DNA from: Candidatus Aminicenantes bacterium
GTDB lineage: Bacteria > Acidobacteriota > Aminicenantia > Aminicenantales > Aminicenantaceae
Reading direction: 5' to 3'
NCBI GenBank assembly: GCA_030669305.1
Contig: DAOVDU010000003.1
Location: 1 to 56,238 of the forward strand
DNA length: 56,238 nucleotides
In this document: positions 17,620-26,730 of the stretch, in pieces
Layout of the letters: every line of letters starts with the position of its first letter
Numbering within the stretch: the stretch's first letter is position 1
Position numbers and translations under genes: made by a program
Notes under the pieces: generated by a model
What the model was told of the DNA's origin: nothing
The model's input: only the letters and a program-made list of their open reading frames with translations
Databases searched by the model: none

Positions 17620-19218
17620 ATGGCGGAACTTGTTCTTCTCAATGGGGCTATCTGGACAGTAAATCCCGACCAACCTCTGGCTGAGGCCGTAGCTTTAAGG
17701 GAAGAGAAAATCCTAAAAGTTGGCTCATCCAAAGAGATAAAAAAGATGGTTGGGGCTGATACACAGGTAATTGATTTGAAAGGAGACTTTGCCCTCCCAG
17801 GCTTCATCGACTGCCATACTCATTTTCTTGATGGAGGGTTATCTCTCTCGAACATTCAGTTAAGGGAGGCGAAGAGTCGGGAAGAGTTCGTCGCCAGGGT
17901 CAAAGAAAAAACTATGGAAATCGAAAAAGGAGAGTGGATTCTTGATGGAGATTGGGATAATCAGCAGTTTGATCCTCCAGTTCTGCCGGATAAAGAATGG
18001 ATTGATTCAGTTACTCCTCATAATCCTGTATGTGTATGCCGCCTTGATAGCCATATGGTTCTTGTAAATAGTCTCTCCTTGAAGCTTGCCGGAATAACAA
18101 AAAACACATCTTCCCCTGTTGGAGGTGAGATCGTCAAAGATTTTGAGAAAGGAGAACCTACAGGAATTTTAAAAGATGCAGCAATGAATCTCGTCATGCA
18201 GCACATACCAGAGCCTTCGCTAAAAGACAAGAAAAAAGCTGCGGAATTAGCTCTGAAATATGCCAATAAAGTAGGGGTGACCTCTATTCATGATATGGCA
18301 AATGCTGCAAATTTTGAGGTTTACCAAGAGCTTTTAAAGGAAAACAAACTGACAGCCCGCCTTTATGTTTATATTCCCATAACTGAAGTCGATCTTTATG
18401 TTCGTCTTAAATTAAAAAAACCTTTTAATAACAATTTTTTAAAGATCGGGGGATTAAAGGGGTTTGTTGATGGGTCTTTAGGTTCTTCGACTGCTCTGTT
18501 CTTTGAACCATACACCGATGATCCTGAAAAAACAGGCCTGCTCTATTCTCATATGTTTCCAGAGGGAATCATGGAAAAAAGGCTCATGCAGGCCGATAAA
18601 GCAGGACTTCAAGTGGCTATCCATGCTATCGGAGATAAAGCCAACCACATTATCCTTGATATTTTTGAGGAAGTGATGACTCTTAATGGAGCTAGAGACC
18701 GGCGCTGGAGAATTGAGCACGTTCAGCATCTCATTCCTGAAGATATCGAACGTATAGCTAAGCTTAATGTCATTGCTTCTGTCCAGCCTTATCATGCCAT
18801 TGATGATGGAAGATGGGCTGAAAAAAAGATTGGGCATAAGAGAGCCAAATATACATATGTCTTTAAATCTCTCTTGGAGAAAGGAACTGTCCTGGCCTGT
18901 GGTTCTGACTGGACCGTTGCACCTTTAAATCCTCTTACAGGAATCTATGCTGCAGTAACGCGTCAAACACTTGACGGCAAAAATGTAGAGGGCTGGATTC
19001 CCGCGCAAAAAATTTCCTTGGAGGAGGCTATCAGGGGATATACTATAAATGGGGCTTATGTAGAGTTTTCCGAGGATATTAAAGGCTCGATAGAAAAGGG
19101 GAAACTTGCTGATTTTGTCGTGCTCAATCAGAATCTTTTTGAAATTCCTCCTGAAAAAATTAAAGAAACAAAAGTTCAAATGACCATATTTAACGGGAAG
19201 ATTGTTTATAGAAAATAG
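17620..19218 (+). CDS. Amidohydrolase 3 family (YtcJ-like) metal-dependent hydrolase
   Basis: PGFIDCHTH, KGFVDGSLGS.TA, AIHAIGD, RIEHVQ, GSDW.V, KGSIEKGKLADFVVL. Confidence 0.92.
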   Translation: MAELVLLNGAIWTVNPDQPLAEAVALREEKILKVGSSKEIKKMVGADTQVIDLKGDFALPGFIDCHTHFLDGGLSLSNIQLREAKSREEFVARVKEKTMEIEKGEWILDGDWDNQQFDPPVLPDKEWIDSVTPHNPVCVCRLDSHMVLVNSLSLKLAGITKNTSSPVGGEIVKDFEKGEPTGILKDAAMNLVMQHIPEPSLKDKKKAAELALKYANKVGVTSIHDMANAANFEVYQELLKENKLTARLYVYIPITEVDLYVRLKLKKPFNNNFLKIGGLKGFVDGSLGSSTALFFEPYTDDPEKTGLLYSHMFPEGIMEKRLMQADKAGLQVAIHAIGDKANHIILDIFEEVMTLNGARDRRWRIEHVQHLIPEDIERIAKLNVIASVQPYHAIDDGRWAEKKIGHKRAKYTYVFKSLLEKGTVLACGSDWTVAPLNPLTGIYAAVTRQTLDGKNVEGWIPAQKISLEEAIRGYTINGAYVEFSEDIKGSIEKGKLADFVVLNQNLFEIPPEKIKETKVQMTIFNGKIVYRK

Positions 19219-19484
19219 CACATTACTCAGTATGAGATAAATCAAGAGATTTTCTTTCATTTTGTGTGGGTTATATGTATGATAATCTGATGACTAAATG
19301 CCCAATAGTTTGGGAAATCCGAAGTCCGACATATTGAAATCCGAAACAAATTCAAATGACCGTTTTAAAGTGAAAAGTAAAGAATAAGTAGTAAGAAGTA
19401 AACAAGAATAAAAATAATTTTCTCCTAACTTCTTACTCCTTACTTAGTTTTTGGTTTTGAAAATTGCAGGAAAATAGCATTTAG

Positions 19485-20468
19485 ATGATTTATTTGTATT
19501 TTTTCTCTTTTGTTGTTTCTTTCGTTGTTCTGTTTAGAAGTGCAGGTTTTTTTGTCGCGGGGGCTTCAGGTATAGCCAAGGTTCTGAATATTCCCAAAAT
19601 GGTTATAGGGATTGTGCTTGTCAGTCTGGCCACGACTGCACCTGAGTTTAGCGTCTCTGTGATGGCGGCCGCTTTAGGTGAACCAGAAATAGCTTTGGGA
19701 AATGCTGTTGGCTCTGTCATATGTGATGATGGGATTGCCCTTGGTCTGGCTGCAGTTCTTGCTCCGACAGTTATTCTGGTGAATTGCCGAATATTAAAGA
19801 TTGTCGGCATTTTTCTCCTGGCGATCGATTTTTTGGCTTATCTTTTGGCAAGGAATGGGACATTTGGCAGGGTAGAGGGGCTTATTCTTGTTATTATCCT
19901 GTGCCTTTATTTTATTTTAATTCTCAAAAACAAAAACTTCAGGTTTGATAGAGAAGGGCAAAGCAATAATAGTTTAAGCGACAATAAAAAGAATCTTACT
20001 CCATCAGAAAAATCCAGTTTGAAGCGTGTAATCTATCGGTTTATTCTAGGGCTTGTAGGCATCGTCATTACAAGCTATTTTATTGTTTGGGCTGCTAAAG
20101 GTATAGCTTTGCATTTTTCTGTTTCTGAAACCATCATCGGCGCAACAGTTATAGCTATCGGAACATCTCTTCCGGAAATAAGTATCTGTATCACTGCAGC
20201 CCTTAAAGGAGAAGGAGAAATCGCTGTGGGGAATATTATCGGTGCTGATATTCTTAACATTTTGTGGATAATAGGTGTCTCATCCATTGTTAATCCTATA
20301 AAGGTCGAATTGGATTTCATAAACTTTACATTTCCTTACATGATTCTAATGGTCACAGTTATGCTGGTGTGTATGCGAATCGGCTGTCGATTGGGAAAGA
20401 TAAAAGGTGTTATTCTCTTTGGATTCTATATTCTTTATTTGTTTTTAACCCTTAAGTTTTTTATATGA
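19485..20468 (+). CDS. Ca2+/Na+ (CaCA, YrbG-like) antiporter
   Basis: Two alpha repeats (SLATTAPE...GNAVGS; AIGTSLPE...GNIIGA); about 10 hydrophobic helices. Confidence 0.9.
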   Translation: MIYLYFFSFVVSFVVLFRSAGFFVAGASGIAKVLNIPKMVIGIVLVSLATTAPEFSVSVMAAALGEPEIALGNAVGSVICDDGIALGLAAVLAPTVILVNCRILKIVGIFLLAIDFLAYLLARNGTFGRVEGLILVIILCLYFILILKNKNFRFDREGQSNNSLSDNKKNLTPSEKSSLKRVIYRFILGLVGIVITSYFIVWAAKGIALHFSVSETIIGATVIAIGTSLPEISICITAALKGEGEIAVGNIIGADILNILWIIGVSSIVNPIKVELDFINFTFPYMILMVTVMLVCMRIGCRLGKIKGVILFGFYILYLFLTLKFFI

Positions 20469-20653
20469 CAATAAAGTAATATGTTAGTCTGTTTATCTGT
20501 TAGCCAGTTAGTCAGTTAATCTGTTAGTCAGTTAGTCGTCTCCCCCTCTCCCAGTCGTTCTTTTTGCTCCTTACTATTATTTTTTTATCTCTGGTGAACA
20601 AATTTATTTGAATTGAGAAATTAATTTGTTATTATATTCAGTCTTTTTTATGA

Positions 20654-21781
20654 TTGGAGGAAATTATGAATATTGGAGTAATAAACGAGAGTTCCAAGAT
20701 TGAGAACAGAGTAGGATTAACTCCGAGTAGTGTTTCTTTATTAGTGGAAAAGGGACATACGGTTTATGTGCAGGCTGGTGCAGGATTAAAAGCAGGATAC
20801 ACCAACGAAGAATACCTTTCTTTGGGAGCAGAGATTGTTTTTACCAAAGAAGAAGCTATTGGCCGTTCAGATATCGTGCTAAACATTTCGCCTCTTAATG
20901 AGGAAGAATGCGGATTAGTAAAAAAGGGCCAGATTTTATTCGGATTTCATCATTTAGCTGTTGCCCGGAAAAATATCGTGGAAGAACTGCTAAAGAAAAA
21001 TATCACCATGATTGGCTATGAGATCGTTCAAGAAGATAATGAAGACCTTCCATTTATCGAGAGTTTAAGCGAAATTGCTGGACAGATGTGTCTTGTCGTC
21101 TCTGGTCATTATCTCCAGACAAGTCAAGGGGGGCGGGGTAAAGTCATAGGTGGAGTTGTTAGCGTTCCTCCTGCAACTGCTGTTGTTGTGGGAAGTGGAG
21201 TTATTGCCAGAAGTGCCATTAAGGCCTTACTTGGAGCAGGAGCGCATACTATTGCTTTAAGCCGCAATATGGAAAAACTGAGAGAATTGGAAGAGATGAC
21301 CTCTGGGAGATTAATAACTCTTATAGCCAGTAAATACAACTTGGCGCGGATGGTAAAAATCGCAGATATCTTGATCGGAGCAGTCCTGAGGCCAGGAGAA
21401 AAGGCACCTGTTTTGATTACACGGGATATGGTCAAGACTATGAAAAAGAGTGCAGTCCTCATTGATTTAGCAATCGACCAAGGAGGCTGTGCTGAAACAT
21501 CCCGATTGACGACTCTCGAGAATCCTACTTATATAAATGAGGGAGTTATTCATTATTGTGTTCCCAATATCACATCTACGGTGAGCCGTACATCTACAAA
21601 AGTATTATCAAATCTGGTTGCACCTTACTTGCTCCAAATAGCAGCACTTGGGATAGAAAAAGCCTTGAAAGAGAATCCAACTTTGGCAAGGGGTGCATAT
21701 GTTTGCCAGGGAAATATAGTTAGGAAAAGTATTGCAGAAAGGTTTAGTATGCATCATAAAGATCTAGCGTCCATTTTATGA
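20654..21781 (+). CDS. Divergent alanine dehydrogenase / AlaDH-PNT family oxidoreductase
   Basis: ENRVGLTP, GAG..AG, HLA, SEIAG, GAVL.PG.KAP.LIT, DLAIDQGGC.ETS, HYCVPN. Probable start about 20666. Several catalytic and cofactor residues differ (see findings). Confidence 0.82.
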   Translation: MEEIMNIGVINESSKIENRVGLTPSSVSLLVEKGHTVYVQAGAGLKAGYTNEEYLSLGAEIVFTKEEAIGRSDIVLNISPLNEEECGLVKKGQILFGFHHLAVARKNIVEELLKKNITMIGYEIVQEDNEDLPFIESLSEIAGQMCLVVSGHYLQTSQGGRGKVIGGVVSVPPATAVVVGSGVIARSAIKALLGAGAHTIALSRNMEKLRELEEMTSGRLITLIASKYNLARMVKIADILIGAVLRPGEKAPVLITRDMVKTMKKSAVLIDLAIDQGGCAETSRLTTLENPTYINEGVIHYCVPNITSTVSRTSTKVLSNLVAPYLLQIAALGIEKALKENPTLARGAYVCQGNIVRKSIAERFSMHHKDLASIL

Positions 21782-21796
21782 GGGGCTGAGTTTAAA

Positions 21797-22246
21797 ATGG
21801 AAAATTTAAGCGAATTCGAAGCAAATCAAAAAGATCTTATTCATATTCTTCATAAAATCCAGGCAGAATATGGTTACATTCCTTCCCAGGCTTTATCTTC
21901 AATCTCAAAGCATTTGAAAATTTCTGAAAGTGAAATCTTCGGAGTGCTTACTTTTTATAAAGCCTTTAGTCTCAAGCCTCGTGGGAAACACCTCGTCACC
22001 ATATGTACGGGAACAGCCTGTCATGTTAGAGGGGCTCCGATGATTTTGGATGAATTGAAAAGGCAGTTAAGCATCGAGCCAGGAGAAACGACAGAGGATG
22101 ATTTGTTTACGTTAGAAACTGTCAATTGTGTAGGTGCGTGTGCTTTAGGTCCTATTGTTATTTCTGATGGCGATTATCACGGTCAGATGAATACAAGAGA
22201 AGTCAATAAATTGATTAAAAAAATAAAAAAAGAAATCAAGGAATAG
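21797..22246 (+). CDS. NuoE/HydC-like [2Fe-2S] subunit (BfuC)
   Basis: TFY..F, ICTGTACHVRG, TVNCVGACALGP. Confidence 0.92.
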   Translation: MENLSEFEANQKDLIHILHKIQAEYGYIPSQALSSISKHLKISESEIFGVLTFYKAFSLKPRGKHLVTICTGTACHVRGAPMILDELKRQLSIEPGETTEDDLFTLETVNCVGACALGPIVISDGDYHGQMNTREVNKLIKKIKKEIKE

Positions 22247-22255
22247 TATTGAATA

Positions 22256-24169
22256 ATGGATAAGATCAGCATCACAAGGTTAGAGGAAATAAAAACTGAA
22301 GTTGCAGAGTCCAGAAAGAAGCAAAAAACCTGCATTACTATCTGCGGAGGAACTGGATGTCATGCCTATGGATGCTTAGAAATAGCTCAAGCTTTTAAGA
22401 ATGCAATAAAGAAACAAAGACTGCAAAACCAGGTAAATGTAAGAACTACAGGGTGCCATGGATTTTGTGAGAGAGGGCCTATTGTTGTCATTCAACCTGC
22501 GGGAATTTTTTACCAAAGGGTTAAGCTTGATGATATAAATGAAATAATTTCTGAAACCATAATTAATAAAAAAGTCTTAGACAGGCTTCTTTATGTTGAT
22601 CCCAGAACAGGTGAGAGAATAGTTGAAGAAAAGGAAGTTCCTTTTTATAAAAAGCAAAAGCGCATAATTTTTGGGAATAACGGATTCATAGATCCCACAG
22701 ATGTCAAAGATTATATTGCCCTGGATGGTTATAAAGCTCTTACGAAAGTCCTCTTTAATTATACTTCAGAAGAGGTCATCAGCGAGATTAAGACATCCGG
22801 TCTTAGGGGAAGAGGAGGAGCGGGATTTCTTACTGGGATTAAGTGGGAAATTTGCCGCCAAAGTCTGGCTGATGTGAAATATGTCATCTGTAATGCAGAT
22901 GAGGGAGATCCAGGTGCCTACATGGACCGGAGTTTGTTAGAAGGTAATCCGCACAGCGTTATTGAGGGCATGATCATAGGGGCTTATGCCATTGGTGCAT
23001 CAGAGGGATATATTTATGTTCGTATGGAATATCCTCTTGCCGTTAAGAATATAACAGTAGCCTTAAAACAAGCCAGAAATCTTGGGCTGCTGGGTGAATT
23101 TATCCTCGGGTCTGAATTCAGCTTTGATATTAATATCTTCAGAGGAGCTGGGGCATTCGTTTCAGGAGAAGAGACTTCTTTGATGGCTTCCATAGAAGGT
23201 CGGCGTGCTTTCCCAAGACAGCGACCTCCTTTTCCTGCTCAAAAAGGATTATGGGGAAAGCCAACCAATATCAACAATGTGGAAACCTGGGCTAATGTTC
23301 CTTTGATTCTTAACAAAGGGGCTGACTGGTATTCTCAGATAGGCACAAAAAAGAGTAAGGGGACAAAAATATTTTCTCTTGTTGGGAAGATAAACAATAC
23401 TGGTTTGGTTGAAGTACCCATGGGAATTACACTGAGAGAGATTGTCTATGATATCGGTGGCGGCATAAAAGAAAACAAAAAGTTCAAAGCTGTACAGACA
23501 GGAGGCCCTTCAGGAGGCTGTATTCCTGCGGAGATGCTTGATTTAAGTATTGACTTTGATACCCTCACGAAAGTTGGGTCAATGATGGGCTCTGGCGGGA
23601 TGATTGTCATGGATGAAGATACATGTATGGTTGATATTGCTCGGTATTTTCTTGAATTTACCCAGGAAGAATCCTGCGGGAAGTGTGTTCCTTGTCGTAT
23701 TGGAACTAGACAGTTGGTAGAAATTTTAACGCGCATCACTCAGGGCAAAGGGGAAGAAGGAGATGTTAAAAAGCTCTTAGATTTGGCAAAGATTATAAAG
23801 GAAGGTTCGCTCTGTGGATTAGGTCAGACTGCTCCCAATCCCGTACTTACAACCATTAAGCATTTTCGAGATGAGTACGAAGCTCACATCATAGAAAAAA
23901 GTTGTCCGGCACTTTCCTGTAAAGACCTGATTGTCTATTACATAGAACCAAAAAAGTGCGTTGGATGTCTTTTATGTTTAAAGAGTTGCCCTGTAAGCGC
24001 TATTAAGGGGGAGAGGAAGATGGTGCATGTGATTGATCAAGATCTATGCATTAAGTGTGGTGCTTGCCTTGATGTGTGCCCTCCAAAGGTAGGGGCTGTC
24101 TCTAAATATACGGGTAAGAAGAGAGATAGAATTTTGAAAAAAGCTTCTTCGATAAGAGATAGAAAATGA
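22256..24169 (+). CDS. NuoF/HydB-like FMN/NAD(H) subunit of bifurcating type (BfuB)
   Basis: N-terminal CGGTGC...GCHGFC [2Fe-2S]; SGLRGRGGAGF, NADEGDPG, GEET; SCGKCVPCR..CGLG; H..EKSCPALSC; two C-terminal CxxCxxCxxxCP ferredoxin motifs. Confidence 0.92.
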   Translation: MDKISITRLEEIKTEVAESRKKQKTCITICGGTGCHAYGCLEIAQAFKNAIKKQRLQNQVNVRTTGCHGFCERGPIVVIQPAGIFYQRVKLDDINEIISETIINKKVLDRLLYVDPRTGERIVEEKEVPFYKKQKRIIFGNNGFIDPTDVKDYIALDGYKALTKVLFNYTSEEVISEIKTSGLRGRGGAGFLTGIKWEICRQSLADVKYVICNADEGDPGAYMDRSLLEGNPHSVIEGMIIGAYAIGASEGYIYVRMEYPLAVKNITVALKQARNLGLLGEFILGSEFSFDINIFRGAGAFVSGEETSLMASIEGRRAFPRQRPPFPAQKGLWGKPTNINNVETWANVPLILNKGADWYSQIGTKKSKGTKIFSLVGKINNTGLVEVPMGITLREIVYDIGGGIKENKKFKAVQTGGPSGGCIPAEMLDLSIDFDTLTKVGSMMGSGGMIVMDEDTCMVDIARYFLEFTQEESCGKCVPCRIGTRQLVEILTRITQGKGEEGDVKKLLDLAKIIKEGSLCGLGQTAPNPVLTTIKHFRDEYEAHIIEKSCPALSCKDLIVYYIEPKKCVGCLLCLKSCPVSAIKGERKMVHVIDQDLCIKCGACLDVCPPKVGAVSKYTGKKRDRILKKASSIRDRK

Positions 24170-26730
24170 TAATTTTCATCGATGGGAAAAAATTTGGAAT
24201 CGAGAGCAAAAAGACAATTTTGGAAGCTGCTCGGGAAAACGAAATCTATATCCCTTCACTTTGTGATCATTCTCGCTTGAGTCCTTTCAGTGGCTGCCGG
24301 CTTTGTATCGTCGAAATCAAAGGACGCAGAGGATATGTTCCCTCATGTAGCACTTATGTTGAAGAAGGAATGGATGTGAAGACAGATTCTCCCCGGCTAA
24401 GAAAAATGAGAAAACAGATTTTAGAGCTCATCCTTTCTGAACATCCGAATGCCTGTCTTATTTGTAGTGAGAAAGAAAATTGCGATGAATATAAGTCAAC
24501 AATCAGGAAGGTCGGCGAAGTTACAGGATGCGTGCTTTGTCCAAACAACGGCCGCTGTGAACTTCAGGATGTCGTAAAAGCTTTGAAAATTGATAAAGTA
24601 AGGTTTCCGTCTGTTTATAGAAATTATGAAGTTAAGAAGAATGATCCTTTTTTTGATCGAAACTACAATTTATGCATCCTGTGCGGAAGATGTGTTAGGG
24701 TTTGTCATGATTTAAGGGGATCATCAGCTGTTTCCTTTGTTTTTAGAGGTTCTAAAGCAGGAATAGGGACAGTATTTGATCAGACACTTCTTGAGGCAGG
24801 CTGTCAGTTCTGCGGTGCTTGTGTTGACGTGTGTCCAACAGGAGCTTTAACTGAAAGAGCCCTTAAGTATGAGACATTGCCTGATGAAACGAGAAAAACC
24901 ATTTGTCCCTTCTGTAGTATTGGCTGTGAGCTTAAAATGGAACTCAAGGAGGGCAGAATATTAAACTCTGCCCCTTCCGAAGATGGGCCTGTAAATCAAG
25001 GGCAGGCTTGTGTCAAGGGACGATTCACGATAAAGGATGCTGTCTATAGCTCCCAAAGAATTCTCAAGCCCATGATCCGAAAAAATAAAGAGCTTGAAGA
25101 GGTAAGCTGGGAAGAAGCTTTGGATTTTGTTGCCAAGAAGCTCAAAAAATATAAAGGGAAAGAGATTGGATTGATTGCTTCTCCTCAAGTCTCTAACGAA
25201 GACAATTTTCTTATTCATAAATTTGCGGAATATGTGTTGAAAACAGAAAATATTGACAGTGTTGTCCGGTTTTCATCTTACGCAGTTTTTCAGGATTTGG
25301 CTCAAAAAAATGGTTTCGAGCTCAATTTGAATTTTAAAATTGAGGATATCTCCAAGGCAAAGACCATATTCCTTCTTGGAGCCGATATCGTTGTTACTCA
25401 TCCAATAATTTGGCTCGAGGTTTTAAGAGCAGTTAATAACGGAGCTAAGCTCATTGTCGCGAGCTCAGTCGATTTTTTCCTTAACCGCTTTTCTTCGCTT
25501 TGGCTTAAGATGAAACCTGGATCTGAATACTTTTTGCTTAGTTTTCTCTCTAAAGTTATTATCGACAAAAGCAAAGTCGAAAATCTGGCCCAGATTGAAG
25601 GTTTTAAAAATCTCAAAAGCTCTCTGGATGAACTCGATTTATCTCAGGCCATTGAAAAAACTGACATTGAAGAGGAAAATATAAAGAAAGCAGCCGAGAT
25701 TCTTATTAAGGAGACGCCGTCGGTTTTTATATTTGGAATGGAGTTGACTCAGCTTCCGTGGGGAAGCCAAAATTTGGCTGGCCTCTGGAATTTATCTCTT
25801 CAGACCCAGGGTCAGCTTGTTCCTCTTGGCTTAGAAACTAATCTAAGAGGTCTTTTTGAGCTGAATCGCCATTGTTCTAGTAACACAAAAGGTTTTAAGC
25901 GAATCATCCAGGATGCTGAAGAAGGAAAAGTTAAAGCCCTTTACCTGGCAAGCCCAATTCCCTATTCCCAGAAAGCGAAGTTTGAATTTTTAGTTATTCA
26001 AGACAGCTTTATGAGTGAAAACATGAAAAAGGCTGATGCTGTTTTACCTGCCGCAAGTTTTGCAGAAATAGAAGGGACCTTTGTCAATGTTGAAGGAAGG
26101 ATTCAGAAATTTAATAAAGTCATTGAACCTCTCGGGGAAGCAAAACCTGATTGGTGGATAATCTCTCAATTAGCACAAAAGATGGGACATAACGAGTTAA
26201 ACTACAATGCCTCTTCAGAAATTTCTAAAGAGATGATTAAAAATATTCCTGGTTTTTCAGGTATATCGTTCCAAAAGTTGAAGAAAGGTGAGAGACTTTT
26301 TATTCAGGAGGAGAAGAAAGGAAAAAAGAAATTTGTACCAATAAAATTCTTTTCCACATCCATTGAAACCAGCAAAGAATATCCGTTTCTTATGCTTGTG
26401 GATTACAATTTAGATTACTACAAAAATCTTGATTTGAGTCAGGAAATCAAAGCCTTTGGAATAATCAGAAATTCAAGATGGTTTAAAATAAATCCAAATG
26501 ATGCAAAAAAAACAAAGCTGAAAGATGGAGAAACCATGGAGGTTGAATCCTCGAAGGGAAAAGTCAAGGGAATTGTTAAAGTTTTAGAATCAGTGCCCAG
26601 AGGAACAATAGTAGCCAGCTTCCTCTGGAATGAAGAAGAAACAATTTCTGTGGCGCGACTTGTCTCTCCTTTGTCTAATGCATCGCATTCTTTAGTATTA
26701 CTGCCCGTAAAAATTAAAAGAGGAAAATAA
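24166..26730 (+). CDS. NuoG/FdhA-like subunit (BfuA): Fe-S relay plus molybdopterin-oxidoreductase-fold domain lacking the metal ligand
   Basis: IPSLC...CRLC...SC, HxxxCxxC, CILCGRCVRVC, CQFCGACVDVCP, CPFCSIGC...CVKG, ADAVLPAA...E.EGTFVNVEGRIQ. Confidence 0.85.
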   Translation: MIIFIDGKKFGIESKKTILEAARENEIYIPSLCDHSRLSPFSGCRLCIVEIKGRRGYVPSCSTYVEEGMDVKTDSPRLRKMRKQILELILSEHPNACLICSEKENCDEYKSTIRKVGEVTGCVLCPNNGRCELQDVVKALKIDKVRFPSVYRNYEVKKNDPFFDRNYNLCILCGRCVRVCHDLRGSSAVSFVFRGSKAGIGTVFDQTLLEAGCQFCGACVDVCPTGALTERALKYETLPDETRKTICPFCSIGCELKMELKEGRILNSAPSEDGPVNQGQACVKGRFTIKDAVYSSQRILKPMIRKNKELEEVSWEEALDFVAKKLKKYKGKEIGLIASPQVSNEDNFLIHKFAEYVLKTENIDSVVRFSSYAVFQDLAQKNGFELNLNFKIEDISKAKTIFLLGADIVVTHPIIWLEVLRAVNNGAKLIVASSVDFFLNRFSSLWLKMKPGSEYFLLSFLSKVIIDKSKVENLAQIEGFKNLKSSLDELDLSQAIEKTDIEEENIKKAAEILIKETPSVFIFGMELTQLPWGSQNLAGLWNLSLQTQGQLVPLGLETNLRGLFELNRHCSSNTKGFKRIIQDAEEGKVKALYLASPIPYSQKAKFEFLVIQDSFMSENMKKADAVLPAASFAEIEGTFVNVEGRIQKFNKVIEPLGEAKPDWWIISQLAQKMGHNELNYNASSEISKEMIKNIPGFSGISFQKLKKGERLFIQEEKKGKKKFVPIKFFSTSIETSKEYPFLMLVDYNLDYYKNLDLSQEIKAFGIIRNSRWFKINPNDAKKTKLKDGETMEVESSKGKVKGIVKVLESVPRGTIVASFLWNEEETISVARLVSPLSNASHSLVLLPVKIKRGK

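Noticed and set aside
21797-26730. Respiratory complex I nuoEFG or formate dehydrogenase
   Set aside because: No membrane or other nuo genes are adjacent; NuoF carries bifurcating-type extensions; the Fdh-like domain lacks the Cys/Sec ligand and has no in-frame TGA.
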